A stretch of 64,000 nucleotides of DNA from Candidatus Dormiibacterota bacterium. Lineage in GTDB: Bacteria > Chloroflexota > Dormibacteria > Aeolococcales > Bog-877. Position numbers and translations under genes: made by a program. The DNA lies in NCBI GenBank assembly GCA_049799515.1, contig JBARIA010000028.1, positions 783 to 64,782 on the forward strand. Direction: 5' to 3'. This document shows positions 9,098 to 17,008 of the stretch, piece by piece; the first letter of the stretch is position 1; each line of letters starts with the position of its first letter. The notes below the pieces were generated by a model, which was not told where the DNA came from, did not search any database, and was given only the letters and a program-made list of their open reading frames with translations.

Positions 9098-10369
9098 TTG
9101 TCGATAACGTCCCCTTTGGTGCTAGCCCAATTGGTTCTGCTCGCGCTCTTCCTCTTGACTGCGGCCGCGGTCACGCTCCGACTGTGGCGGATTCCGGAGG
9201 GCTGGTGGCCCATCGCCGCGGTTGTGATCGCCCTGGCGGTCGGGGCGATCCCGGAGGCGACCGCCGCCCGAGGGCTGGGCAGCAGCCTCAATGTCCTGGC
9301 CTTCTTCGCGGGTCTGCTCCTACTGGCCTGGGTCCTGCGGGCGACGGGGTCGATGGTCCGTCTGCTGGATCGGATGGAAGGTTGGAGTGGGGATGACCCG
9401 CGCAGTCTTCTGACGGTAGTGGCGCTCGCCACCGTGGCCGTTACCGCTCTTCTCTCCAATGATGCTGCGGCGTTGCTGCTGGCTCCCGAGGTCCTTGACC
9501 GGCTCCAGCGGCGAGGACTTCCTCTGACGCCCTTCGTACTGACCATGGCTTTCAGCGCCAACGCTGCGTCCGCGCTGCTGCCCATCAGCAATCCCGTCAA
9601 TCTGCTGATCTTGGACCGGTCCAACCTGGCTCTCTCGAGCTACCTGACGGTGGTCACGCCCGGGGCTGTCGTCGGCGTTCTGATCACTGTGGCTGGCTGC
9701 CTACTGCTGACCGGCAGGGGAATTCCTCACCGTCAGCCCGCGGCGGCGGAGACTCCTCAGCAGCCCGCGGTCCATCGCCTCCGGGCCCGATGGGTCGCCG
9801 CCCTGCTGGCCGTCCTGACACTCACTGACGTGGGGTTCGCGGTGGCCCGCCTCCCCATCGGTCCGCCGACGCTTGTTGCGGGAGCACTGGCGACTGGGAT
9901 GATTTGGTCCGCCGCCGGATCCCGCGAACGTCCTCGAGGCTTGGGCTGGTCGATCCTAGCTCTGGTGGCGGGCTTCTCCGTCCTCGCGTCAGGGCTCGGT
10001 CAGTCCCCGTGGCTGGCAAGGGCCGCCGAGTGGTTCGCTGGCTCAGGCTCGATATGGGTGGGTGGGGTCGCCACCGGGTTGGTCACGGCGGTCGTCTCGG
10101 GGGTGATCAACAACCTGCCCGCGGCCCTGCTGGTCACCGCGGGTCTGCAGGCAGCTCACCACCTCGGCGCCCTCACCTTGCCAGCGATCGTGGGCGCAGA
10201 TTTCGGCCCCAACTTGGCCCCCTTCGGGTCTCTCTCCACGATCCTGATCCTCAGCGCCCTCCGGCCCCGGGGCCAACTGGTGCCGTGGGGGCAGGTGTGG
10301 AGGCTCGGGCTGATCTTGGGTCCGCTGGCGCTGCTCCCGACCATCTGCCTGGTGGCGCTCGCCCGCTGA
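9098..10369 (+). CDS. ArsB/NhaD (citrate transporter-like) superfamily permease
   Basis: Polytopic protein with LLSNDAAALLLAP and INNLPAALL motifs typical of the ArsB/NhaD permease fold. Start uncertain (TTG 9098 or GTG 9119). Confidence 0.7.
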   Translation: MSITSPLVLAQLVLLALFLLTAAAVTLRLWRIPEGWWPIAAVVIALAVGAIPEATAARGLGSSLNVLAFFAGLLLLAWVLRATGSMVRLLDRMEGWSGDDPRSLLTVVALATVAVTALLSNDAAALLLAPEVLDRLQRRGLPLTPFVLTMAFSANAASALLPISNPVNLLILDRSNLALSSYLTVVTPGAVVGVLITVAGCLLLTGRGIPHRQPAAAETPQQPAVHRLRARWVAALLAVLTLTDVGFAVARLPIGPPTLVAGALATGMIWSAAGSRERPRGLGWSILALVAGFSVLASGLGQSPWLARAAEWFAGSGSIWVGGVATGLVTAVVSGVINNLPAALLVTAGLQAAHHLGALTLPAIVGADFGPNLAPFGSLSTILILSALRPRGQLVPWGQVWRLGLILGPLALLPTICLVALAR

Positions 10370-10427
10370 TCGTGGCGGCCAGGCGAGATCGATTGTCGCT
10401 GGCCGTCGCTGGTGTCCTCGCTGCGCG

Positions 10428-10463
10428 GCGGGAGTGGCTCAGTGGTAGAGCGTCTCCTTGCCA
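10428..10463 (+). pseudogene. displaced 5' half of tRNA-Gly(GCC), nt 1-36
   Basis: 36/36 identity to 12638-12673. Identity ends right after the anticodon-loop heptamer CTTGCCA. Confidence 0.85.
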
Positions 10464-10493
10464 CGGTGGCCGCCGCGGGGCCGATGTGAGCTG

Positions 10494-11048
10494 TCACCTG
10501 AATCCTCCTTCTCCTGCGACGGCCCCATCCTTCGGTTGAAGCTCGAAGAGTGGGTTGAGTCGAGCTGCGGTGATGTAGTCCTCGAGCGTGTCATCGACGC
10601 GGACCCGCAACGTCCACAGGACCCCGATGGGCGGCCTAAATCTTGACCCGAGCAGCGCACGGAAGACGCGCGACCGCCGGAACGGCTGGAGTGCGCGCTG
10701 CAGCACATCTCCCGCTTCCTCGGGCGAGAGCTCGACGGCATGGATCGCTACCCGACGGCCTCCAGGATGGGTGACTATGGCCTCGGCGTCCACCCGAAGG
10801 TTGGCGACCCATCCGGTCTGGCCGTAGGAAGCCTGCACGATCCAGCGACCGTCGCGGTCGAGCATGCCAACCGGTACCGTTCGAAGCTTGCCGGACCGCC
10901 GACCGCGGGTCGTGAGGAGCACGTTTGGGGCACCCGTCGGTAGCCCGGCCGAGATCAGCCAACGGGCCAGCGGGTTGAGTAGGCGGAGCATTCGCCCGGC
11001 CACCCGATTGCGGACATCCAGCCGAGGGGAAGCGAGACGATCATTCAT
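10494..11048 (-). CDS. nitroreductase-family deazaflavin (F420)-dependent oxidoreductase (DUF385/Ddn-like)
   Basis: LLTTRGRRSGKLRTVPV...GWVANLRVD pattern typical of the DUF385 split-barrel family. Start set at ATG 11048 (MNDRL), because the 11216 start would overlap the divergent sigma gene. Confidence 0.75.
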   Translation of the reverse strand: MNDRLASPRLDVRNRVAGRMLRLLNPLARWLISAGLPTGAPNVLLTTRGRRSGKLRTVPVGMLDRDGRWIVQASYGQTGWVANLRVDAEAIVTHPGGRRVAIHAVELSPEEAGDVLQRALQPFRRSRVFRALLGSRFRPPIGVLWTLRVRVDDTLEDYITAARLNPLFELQPKDGAVAGEGGFR

Positions 11049-11056
11049 GAACAGAG

Positions 11057-11083
11057 CACGAACCGAACCACCCGGATGTGACG
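11057..11083 (-). promoter_or_regulatory. candidate ECF41-type promoter for the DUF385 gene
   Basis: The minus strand reads CGTCACA-n16-CGTG, 8 nt before the ATG. The ECF41 target consensus, as I recall it, is TGTCACA-n16-CGTC. Confidence 0.4.
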
Positions 11084-11104
11084 GCCAGGATCGCTCCGCG
11101 ACCA

Positions 11105-11131
11105 TGTCACACTCGATGGATTCGATCCGTG
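11105..11131 (+). promoter_or_regulatory. candidate ECF41-type promoter for the sigma factor gene
   Basis: TGTCACA-n16-CGTG on the plus strand, 34 nt upstream of the GTG at 11166. Confidence 0.4.
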
Positions 11132-11165
11132 TTCCTATTATGACGACCCGGAGCAGGACGACGAC

Positions 11166-12041
11166 GTGACCAGACGCGACTGGCTTGCTGCGGAGTTCGA
11201 GCGACACCGTCGGCACCTGCGCGCGGTCGGCTACCGCATGCTCGGATCGGTATCCGAGGCCGAGGACGCCGTGCAGGAGGCCTGGCTGCGGCTCGATCGA
11301 GGCGACCCGGGCGGGACTGATGACCTGCGGGGCTGGCTAACGGTGGTGGTAGGCCGGATCTGCCTGGATACCCTGCGCAGGCGGAAGGCACGCAGGGAGC
11401 AGCTCGCTGGTTCGTGGCTTCCGGAGCCGATCAGTTGCACCGCGGCCGACCACGACCCAGAGCGCGACATAGTTATGGCCGACTCGGTCGGGCTGGCCTT
11501 GCTGGTGGTCCTCGAGTCGCTGACCCCATCGGAGAGGCTCGCGTTCGTGCTTCACGATGTATTCGGCATTCCGTTCCTGGAGATCGCCCCGCTGGTGGAG
11601 CGCTCGCCGTTGGCGACCCGGCAACTCGCCAGCCGAGCCCGGCGACGGGTCAGAGCCGAGGCGCCGGACCCGGACGCCGATTTTGCAGTACAGCGAGGGG
11701 TAGTCGACGCCTTCCTGGCCGCCGCACGCAAGGGCGACTTCGAGGCTCTCCTTCAGGTGCTGGATCCGAACGCCGTCCTCTGCATCGACGGAGGCCCGAA
11801 TGCACCGCGACCGCTCGCGCAACCACCAATCGTCGGTGCCGTGGCTGTGGCAAACGGCGTAAAGAATTTCCGGGATGCCGGGGCCAAGGTCGAGCCAGTG
11901 ATTGTCAACGGCGCTCCGGGGCTGGTGGTTCGGTATCCGGCGCGATCACTCCTCGCCGCCTTCACGGTGGCCAATGGGCGGATCGTCGAAATCGACCTCA
12001 TTGCCGACCCGGACAAGCTGCGGAGTCTGACGCTGGACTGA
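11166..12041 (+). CDS. ECF sigma factor, group ECF41 (SigJ-like) with fused C-terminal regulatory domain
   Basis: Sigma-2 and sigma-4 regions plus the ECF41 signatures WLPEP (linker), DGGPN (DGGGK-like) and DPDKL (NPDKL-like) in a roughly 100-aa C-terminal extension. No anti-sigma gene adjacent. Confidence 0.85.
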   Translation: MTRRDWLAAEFERHRRHLRAVGYRMLGSVSEAEDAVQEAWLRLDRGDPGGTDDLRGWLTVVVGRICLDTLRRRKARREQLAGSWLPEPISCTAADHDPERDIVMADSVGLALLVVLESLTPSERLAFVLHDVFGIPFLEIAPLVERSPLATRQLASRARRRVRAEAPDPDADFAVQRGVVDAFLAAARKGDFEALLQVLDPNAVLCIDGGPNAPRPLAQPPIVGAVAVANGVKNFRDAGAKVEPVIVNGAPGLVVRYPARSLLAAFTVANGRIVEIDLIADPDKLRSLTLD

Positions 12042-12637
12042 CTGCGCTCCAGGACCGCTGACCTCTTCGTGGCGCGATCACGGTGCTCGCGAAGCAGCTG
12101 AAGGCCGGAGGGAGTGCTGCGAGCTGCGGTGGCTTTGAGACCCTTCGGCGATGGCCGTTGGCGAGTTGAACGCAGAGAGAGACGATCTCCTGCACCCGAG
12201 GGTCCACGCTGCCGTAGTAGATCGACCGCCGCTGGGGACGTCCCCTCACCAACCCGGACTTCACCAGTCTCCAATTAGCGGCCTACGCCTTGATGATCGG
12301 CGAGGCCCCAAGCCCGCCTCGAACCAAACCGGAAAAAGGGGGCCCGTCGGGTTACCAACGGATGAGGGTAGCCCGCAATTCCGTGATGCCTTGGGGCAGC
12401 GACCTACGCAACCGAGATAGCAACGGAGCACCCCAGCGATGGAGGCAGTTGGGGCGGCCGGTATCCTGCCTCGCCACCGCTCGGTCCGAGATGGACGGGC
12501 TGGGGCTTATCGCCTTCCCTATACTCTCCCGGTACGGTCCCGACATCCGCAAGGAATAGCCGTAAGAAGCGTGATCTCCCTAGTCGACACGAATCAGTGC
12601 TAAATCCCTGATCTCACGCGGAGTTCGGGGCCAGATC

Positions 12638-12712
12638 GCGGGAGTGGCTCAGTGGTAGAGCGTCTCCTTGCCAAGGAGAAGGTCGCGGGTTCGACCCCCG
12701 TCTCCCGCTCCA
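12638..12712 (+). tRNA. tRNA-Gly (anticodon GCC), CCA encoded
   Basis: GCGGGAG...CTCCCGC acceptor stem, GGCTCAGTGGTAGAGC D-arm, anticodon loop TTGCCAA, GGTTCGACC T-loop, and terminal TCCA. Confidence 0.95.
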
Positions 12713-12725
12713 CTGATCTCAGCTA

Positions 12726-12744
12726 GAGCTTATAAGTGGACAAA
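12726..12744 (+). repeat. 19-nt direct repeat copy 1 (GAGCTTATAAGTGGACAAA)
   Basis: 17/19 identical to 13887-13905. Lies 14 nt after the tRNA 3' end. Confidence 0.6.
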
Positions 12745-12927
12745 CGGACCGCCGCTCCCACACGCACAACGTTGCACAGCCGCACCAGACGCCCTTCCCC
12801 AACCGACCGATACCAGGGGCGCTCTGGGCCGGTCTGCCCATGCGCGGAGCCGCCGGGGGTCGACCGGCGCGCGGGAGGATGAGGCGGCTATCATCCCGCT
12901 AGCGCTGGCTTGGGAGGAGGGTCGGAC

Positions 12928-13713
12928 GTGCTGCTGGACGGCAGGACCGCGGTCGTGTACGGAGGGGGCGGCGCGCTCGGCGGCGCGGTCGCGGAGGCGT
13001 TCGCTGAGCAGGGGGCGCACGTCATCGTGGCGGGGCGCACGCCGTCGTCGCTCGAGCGGGTCGTCAAACCACTCACCGAGCGCGGTCTCAGCGCGCAGGT
13101 CGCCCGGGTCGACGCGCTCGTCGAGAGCGAGGTCGAGGCGCACCTCGACGGGGTCGTCTCCGAACTCGGAGGCATCGACATCTCGTTCAACGCGATCAGC
13201 GTTGCCTACATCCTCGGAGGACCGCTTCACGAGATCCCCGTGGACGACTTCGTCAGGGGTATCGCCGATGGGATGCGCACCAACTACCTCACCGCTGTCG
13301 GAGCTGCGCGACGGATGGCGGCGCGCCACACCGGCGTCGTCCTCGGGCTCACCGCCAGCTCCTGTCGCCGGCCGCTTGCCCACCAGGGCAGCTTCTCCGT
13401 CGCTGGGGCCGCCATCGAGGCGCTCTGCCGTCAGATCGCGACGGACTACGGTCCCGAGGGGGTGCGGGCGGTGTGCATCCGGTCAGCCGGGTCGCCTGAC
13501 GCGCCCGGGGTCGATGCCGCCCTCACCGCGCTCGCCGAGGTCGAGGGCATCTCCCGCGACGCGTTCGAGGCGCGTATGGCCGAACGTACCATGCTCAAGC
13601 ACATGCCGCGGCTGCGTGAGATCGCCAACCTCGCTGTGCTGGCTGCCTCCGACCTCGCGTCGTCGATGACTGGCGTCATCGCCAACGGCACCTGCGGCGA
13701 AGCGACCGACTGA
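12928..13713 (+). CDS. SDR family oxidoreductase
   Basis: TAVVYGGGGALGGAVAEAFAEQGAHVIVAGRT Rossmann motif. GGGAGGAGGG Shine-Dalgarno sequence 8 nt before the GTG at 12928. Confidence 0.8.
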   Translation: MLLDGRTAVVYGGGGALGGAVAEAFAEQGAHVIVAGRTPSSLERVVKPLTERGLSAQVARVDALVESEVEAHLDGVVSELGGIDISFNAISVAYILGGPLHEIPVDDFVRGIADGMRTNYLTAVGAARRMAARHTGVVLGLTASSCRRPLAHQGSFSVAGAAIEALCRQIATDYGPEGVRAVCIRSAGSPDAPGVDAALTALAEVEGISRDAFEARMAERTMLKHMPRLREIANLAVLAASDLASSMTGVIANGTCGEATD

Positions 13714-13886
13714 CCTCTCAACGGGTCGTTGGGTCGGTGACAGTGGGCTGGTTCGCGAGCATGAGTTTGCCGCGGTGCGTGAGCGACGCTCCGTACCGGC
13801 TAGCCGATTCAGCACCTCACCGAAGCCCGAATTGGAGTGCCTACGGCCCGGAGGCAAGCTGTAAGTAACGTATTGCCGCCTGCGGG

Positions 13887-13905
13887 GAGCAGATAAGTGG
13901 ACAAA
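13887..13905 (+). repeat. 19-nt direct repeat copy 2 (GAGCAGATAAGTGGACAAA)
   Basis: 17/19 identical to 12726-12744. Lies 46 nt before the displaced tRNA 3' half. Confidence 0.6.
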
Positions 13906-13951
13906 GTGGTGACCCCGCCGATCTCGGCCGCATAGCGCATAGCTTCAAATA

Positions 13952-13996
13952 CTTGCCAAGGAGAAGGTAGCGGGTTCGACCCCGACTCCCGCTCCA
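13952..13996 (+). pseudogene. displaced 3' half of tRNA-Gly(GCC), nt 30-75
   Basis: Starts with CTTGCCA. 42 identical columns of 46 versus 12667-12712, with one indel. CCA is retained and the T-stem pairing is lost. Confidence 0.85.
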
Positions 13997-14071
13997 GCGA
14001 GTCCCCTGCCGACCCCCGAGCGCCGATCTAGGCGGAGCCTGGGGTAGCGACAACTAGGGTCGCGTTCGTCG

Positions 14072-14392
14072 TCAGCTGGACTTTCCGGCGCCGTCTCCTT
14101 CGGCCTGCTGGCCTACCCCAGGTGGCACCCACGAGGAGTCGGCGCTGGAGCTGCCCGCCTGGTTCGCGTCTTGAGAGGGTACCGGTGTGCTGGCGGTCGA
14201 GGCGCCAGCGCCTCCCAGGCCGTGATCTTTGCCGTACTCGTTGGCCCGCGCCGCCGCGTTGGCGGCGGCCTCCTTGGCGGCCGCAATCTTGGCGTCAATC
14301 ATCGGCGCCTTCTCGGCTGCCTTGGCTTGGAGATCGGCCGCCACCGCTTTGCTCTTGTCATCGATCGACTTGTACAAGTCCTTGAAACCCAT
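14072..14392 (-). CDS. hypothetical small Ala/Lys-rich helical protein
   Basis: Strong AAGGAGG Shine-Dalgarno sequence before the ATG at 14392 (MGFKDLYKSIDDKSK...). The upstream part of the 192-aa track ORF is not protein-like. Confidence 0.6.
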   Translation of the reverse strand: MGFKDLYKSIDDKSKAVAADLQAKAAEKAPMIDAKIAAAKEAAANAAARANEYGKDHGLGGAGASTASTPVPSQDANQAGSSSADSSWVPPGVGQQAEGDGAGKSS

Positions 14393-14612
14393 CTCAGCCT
14401 CCTTAGGCAGCATCAAGTGGTGATCGAGACGGAGTCTATCGCGGACCTTCATTAAGTGGTGATTCCCAGAAGGGCAGACGGATCGGGTAGAGCGGGCCGG
14501 CCACTCGATGTCTTGCTGTCGGCGGTGTGCGGGTAATTGCCGCCGTCCGGGAAGACCTCTCATGGCTAGACTCCGATCGTTGGCGCAGCCGGAGCGATCA
14601 CGGAGGGTAGTG

Positions 14613-14891
14613 ATGGTATCCAGTGAGGGAAGCGGCACCCGAGAGGCCACTTGGAAGCAATACGGGCGGGCCCTGATTCACGCCATGGCGGAGGTCACCG
14701 GTGAGATCCCGGAGGAGTTCCACGACCTCCTCTTGGAGACGGCTGATTACTGGCTCTCTTTGGGGATGACGATCGGAACCCAGCAGCCGGAACAGGCGCT
14801 GAGGCTGCTTGACCTAATCGAGACCGACACTGCGGAGCAGAAGGAACTTGCCGCCGACGCCCAGGCCTTCTCCGCGGAGGCCCTGGCATGA
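14613..14891 (+). CDS. hypothetical acidic 92-aa protein
   Basis: GGAGGG Shine-Dalgarno sequence 5 nt before the ATG at 14613. Helical, Glu/Asp-rich sequence. Confidence 0.55.
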   Translation: MVSSEGSGTREATWKQYGRALIHAMAEVTGEIPEEFHDLLLETADYWLSLGMTIGTQQPEQALRLLDLIETDTAEQKELAADAQAFSAEALA

Positions 14892-15055
14892 GGAGGCGCA
14901 GCTTGGTCTCCCAGATGTACCGGGCGGCCAGGGTCACCAATGACCTCAGCACCCTGGCCTCCGGGAACCCCCACCGGATTGCCCGGCGAGCCCGGAACAA
15001 GATCGTGGGCCGGGCGTTGGGCCGGGCGGGCATCTGGCGGGCCCTCTGGCGCTGA
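14888..15055 (+). CDS. hypothetical highly basic 55-aa protein (not in the ORF track, below its length cutoff)
   Basis: ATGA overlap with the preceding stop. MRRRSLVSQMYRAARVTNDLSTLASGNPHRIARRARNKIVGRALGRAGIWRALWR has 14 Arg/Lys and 1 Asp. Confidence 0.5.
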   Translation: MRRRSLVSQMYRAARVTNDLSTLASGNPHRIARRARNKIVGRALGRAGIWRALWR

Positions 15056-15167
15056 GGCGCCGGGCCCAGCGGCTCATAAATGCTCCGGTAGAGGCCCCAT
15101 TCGGAATCCGATATCCTGAGTGCCGGTCGAATTCGGCGGGTGGGCGAACGGCACGAGGACGTGAGCC

Positions 15168-16187
15168 ATGACGGCACGGGTGACGTCGCCGGAGGTGATC
15201 CGCCGGATCAAGCTGACCATGGTCTGGGGCGTGGCCCTGCTTTGGTTGCTCGATGCCGCCCTTCAGGCGCAGCCAACGATGTTCACGGTCGACTTCGTCA
15301 GCAACATCATGAAGCCGTCGATCGCCATCTCCCCCTCAGCGCTGGGGGCGCTCTCGACCTGGACCCTGCAGTTCATCAGTCCCCACATCGCCGACTGGAA
15401 CTGGCTGTTCGTCATCGTGCAGGCGGCGATCGCGGTGGGCCTGATTACTGGCCTGCTTCGGCACGACCACCGCCTGATTCGAGCTGGACTTCTGCTCTCG
15501 ATTGCCTGGGGAATCGGGGTTTGGGTATTCGGGGAGGGAACCAGCGGAGTCTTCACCGGAAACGGGACACTGCTCACCGGAGCTCCGGGATCGGTCACGC
15601 TCTATGTCGCGATCGCTGTGCTCTACCTGCTCCCCGATCGTTGGTGGCAGCTCTCAGGCCGGTTCTGTCTACCTCGAGACCTGCTCGCATTGGTGTTCCT
15701 GTACGGCGCGGCGGCCCAGATCGCCACCCCTGGGTTTTGGGGCTCCAGGGGCACCGCCGTGTTGATCGAGGGGCAGGCGAGCATGGCACCCTCTTGGATG
15801 GTGGCCTCGATGACCCCACTGGTGACCTATACCCACGCCCATCCCGTCCTCTTCAATGCGGTCTTCGCCGCGTCGCTGTTGGCAGTGGCACTGCTTCTCT
15901 TCGGGCGGGCTCCCAAGGCTATTGGCTTCCTGCTTCTAGGGGCGGTGTTGGGGGTCATGTGGTATTGGGGCCAGGCGTTTGGTGGGATCTTCTCGGGCAT
16001 GGGAACCGATCCTGGTAGTCCGCCTCTGCTGACGCTACTGGCAGTTCCTGCCGTGGTGACCTGGCACTTGCGGCGGCACCCCGTCTCCCTCGAAGCCATG
16101 CCCGGTGGTCCGGCAGCTCGGTTAGTGCGCAGTGAAGCAGCGGCAGCAGCGCAGAGCTCGGCGCTGGCCGACGGTCCCCGGGGATGA
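15168..16187 (+). CDS. polytopic membrane protein, unrecognised family (paralog A of the 20562 membrane domain)
   Basis: About 8 predicted TM segments. Colinear similarity to residues ~75-365 of the 585-aa protein: LQAQP, SIAWG..VWV.GEG, GAPG, GRAP[KR], W.GQ.FG......TDP..SPLL. Confidence 0.8.
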   Translation: MTARVTSPEVIRRIKLTMVWGVALLWLLDAALQAQPTMFTVDFVSNIMKPSIAISPSALGALSTWTLQFISPHIADWNWLFVIVQAAIAVGLITGLLRHDHRLIRAGLLLSIAWGIGVWVFGEGTSGVFTGNGTLLTGAPGSVTLYVAIAVLYLLPDRWWQLSGRFCLPRDLLALVFLYGAAAQIATPGFWGSRGTAVLIEGQASMAPSWMVASMTPLVTYTHAHPVLFNAVFAASLLAVALLLFGRAPKAIGFLLLGAVLGVMWYWGQAFGGIFSGMGTDPGSPPLLTLLAVPAVVTWHLRRHPVSLEAMPGGPAARLVRSEAAAAAQSSALADGPRG

Positions 16188-16231
16188 GTCCAGCTGGCCC
16201 GTTGGAGACGGGAGAGTTCTGAGAGTGGCCT

Positions 16232-16987
16232 TTAGCGTGGCAGCAGCGGCAGTCCGTCGGAGTCCAGCGCGGTCAGTCGGATGGGGGAGAAGCCGGTGAC
16301 TCCCAGCCGGCCGCCGGCTCGCCGCAGAGTTGAATTGGCGGACGCGAGATTTTGGGCGGCCCATCCCGCCTGCCGGAGGTAGGCGGTGGCGGCACTTTGA
16401 TCTCCTGGGCGGCGCAGTAACTCCTCCTCATTTCGCATGGCGGGAACTACGTCCTCCTCGGCCCACACCCCAAGGCAGCTGACCGCGTAGCCGAGGTGCA
16501 GCGCCGAAAGCGAAGTTGGCACCGCGTACAGAGTGAGATCGAAGATGGCATCGTCGGTGCCGGGTGAGCAGGCGCGGACGGTGGCCCGAGCCGCTCTCTC
16601 GGCCGGGATCGCAGAATCGGGCTGTTGTTCCGTCAGCCGCCAAGTCGAGATCGCGGTCGCCGCCCGGGAGTTGCAACCAGCCAGGTCGGCTCGGAGAGTT
16701 CGCACCATGGTTGTGAAATCGGATCGTTGCTGGGCAGCCCCGGCAGGTCGGCTGACCAGGATCGCCGCACCGACCGCCACCAAGGTGATCACGACCACCG
16801 CTACTGCCAGCCAGCGCCAGCGGCGCAGAGTGCGACCGAGCGGGGGAGACCCCGAGCCAGGCACTGGAGACGACAAGGACGGTTTCCGCTCTGTGCTCAC
16901 CGTGCTCCTCCCACGAAGAGTCGGCAGCGGCGGGCAGGGCGAGGGGTCTGGAGATCGGGGAGGGCTGCCGCCGGCTCGTCTCGGCAC
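16232..16987 (-). CDS. hypothetical N-terminally membrane-anchored protein downstream of copA
   Basis: Pro-rich N-terminus, one TM segment (WLAVAVVVITLVAVGAAILV), then a 170-aa domain with 4 Cys. Lies 21 nt downstream of the copA stop. Confidence 0.6.
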   Translation of the reverse strand: MPRRAGGSPPRSPDPSPCPPLPTLRGRSTVSTERKPSLSSPVPGSGSPPLGRTLRRWRWLAVAVVVITLVAVGAAILVSRPAGAAQQRSDFTTMVRTLRADLAGCNSRAATAISTWRLTEQQPDSAIPAERAARATVRACSPGTDDAIFDLTLYAVPTSLSALHLGYAVSCLGVWAEEDVVPAMRNEEELLRRPGDQSAATAYLRQAGWAAQNLASANSTLRRAGGRLGVTGFSPIRLTALDSDGLPLLPR

Positions 16988-17008
16988 ACGCCGGACGGTG
17001 GCCGGTGG

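Larger units (their letters stand above)
10464..13951. mobile_element. probable relic(s) of site-specific integration at tRNA-Gly; no integrase present
   Basis: Interval bounded by the two tRNA halves, which share the 7-mer CTTGCCA. Contains the intact tRNA, cargo genes and about 600 bp of apparently non-coding DNA (12042-12637). Confidence 0.4.

Noticed and set aside
12042-12285. Minus-strand fragment reading ...NWRLVKSGLVRGRPQRRSIYYGSVDP..., resembling the wing region of ArsR/SmtB-type regulators. This may be a decayed gene inside the tRNA-linked insert.
   Set aside because: Only about 25 residues are suggestive. The frame is closed by a stop just upstream and runs into the sigma gene's 3' end. 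It cannot be supported as a pseudogene without a database alignment.
12668-13669. 333-aa ORF (very Arg/Ser/Pro-rich) overlapping the SDR gene. Similar long ORFs occur at 525-1253(-), 28334-29530(-), 30812-32263(-), 51625-53292(-), 54149-55177(-), 55174-56217(-), 36925-38004(+), 39576-40775(+), and elsewhere.
   Set aside because: The composition (runs of R, P, G, A, S with no recognisable motifs) and complete overlap with well-supported genes in another frame or strand are typical of shadow ORFs in high-GC DNA.
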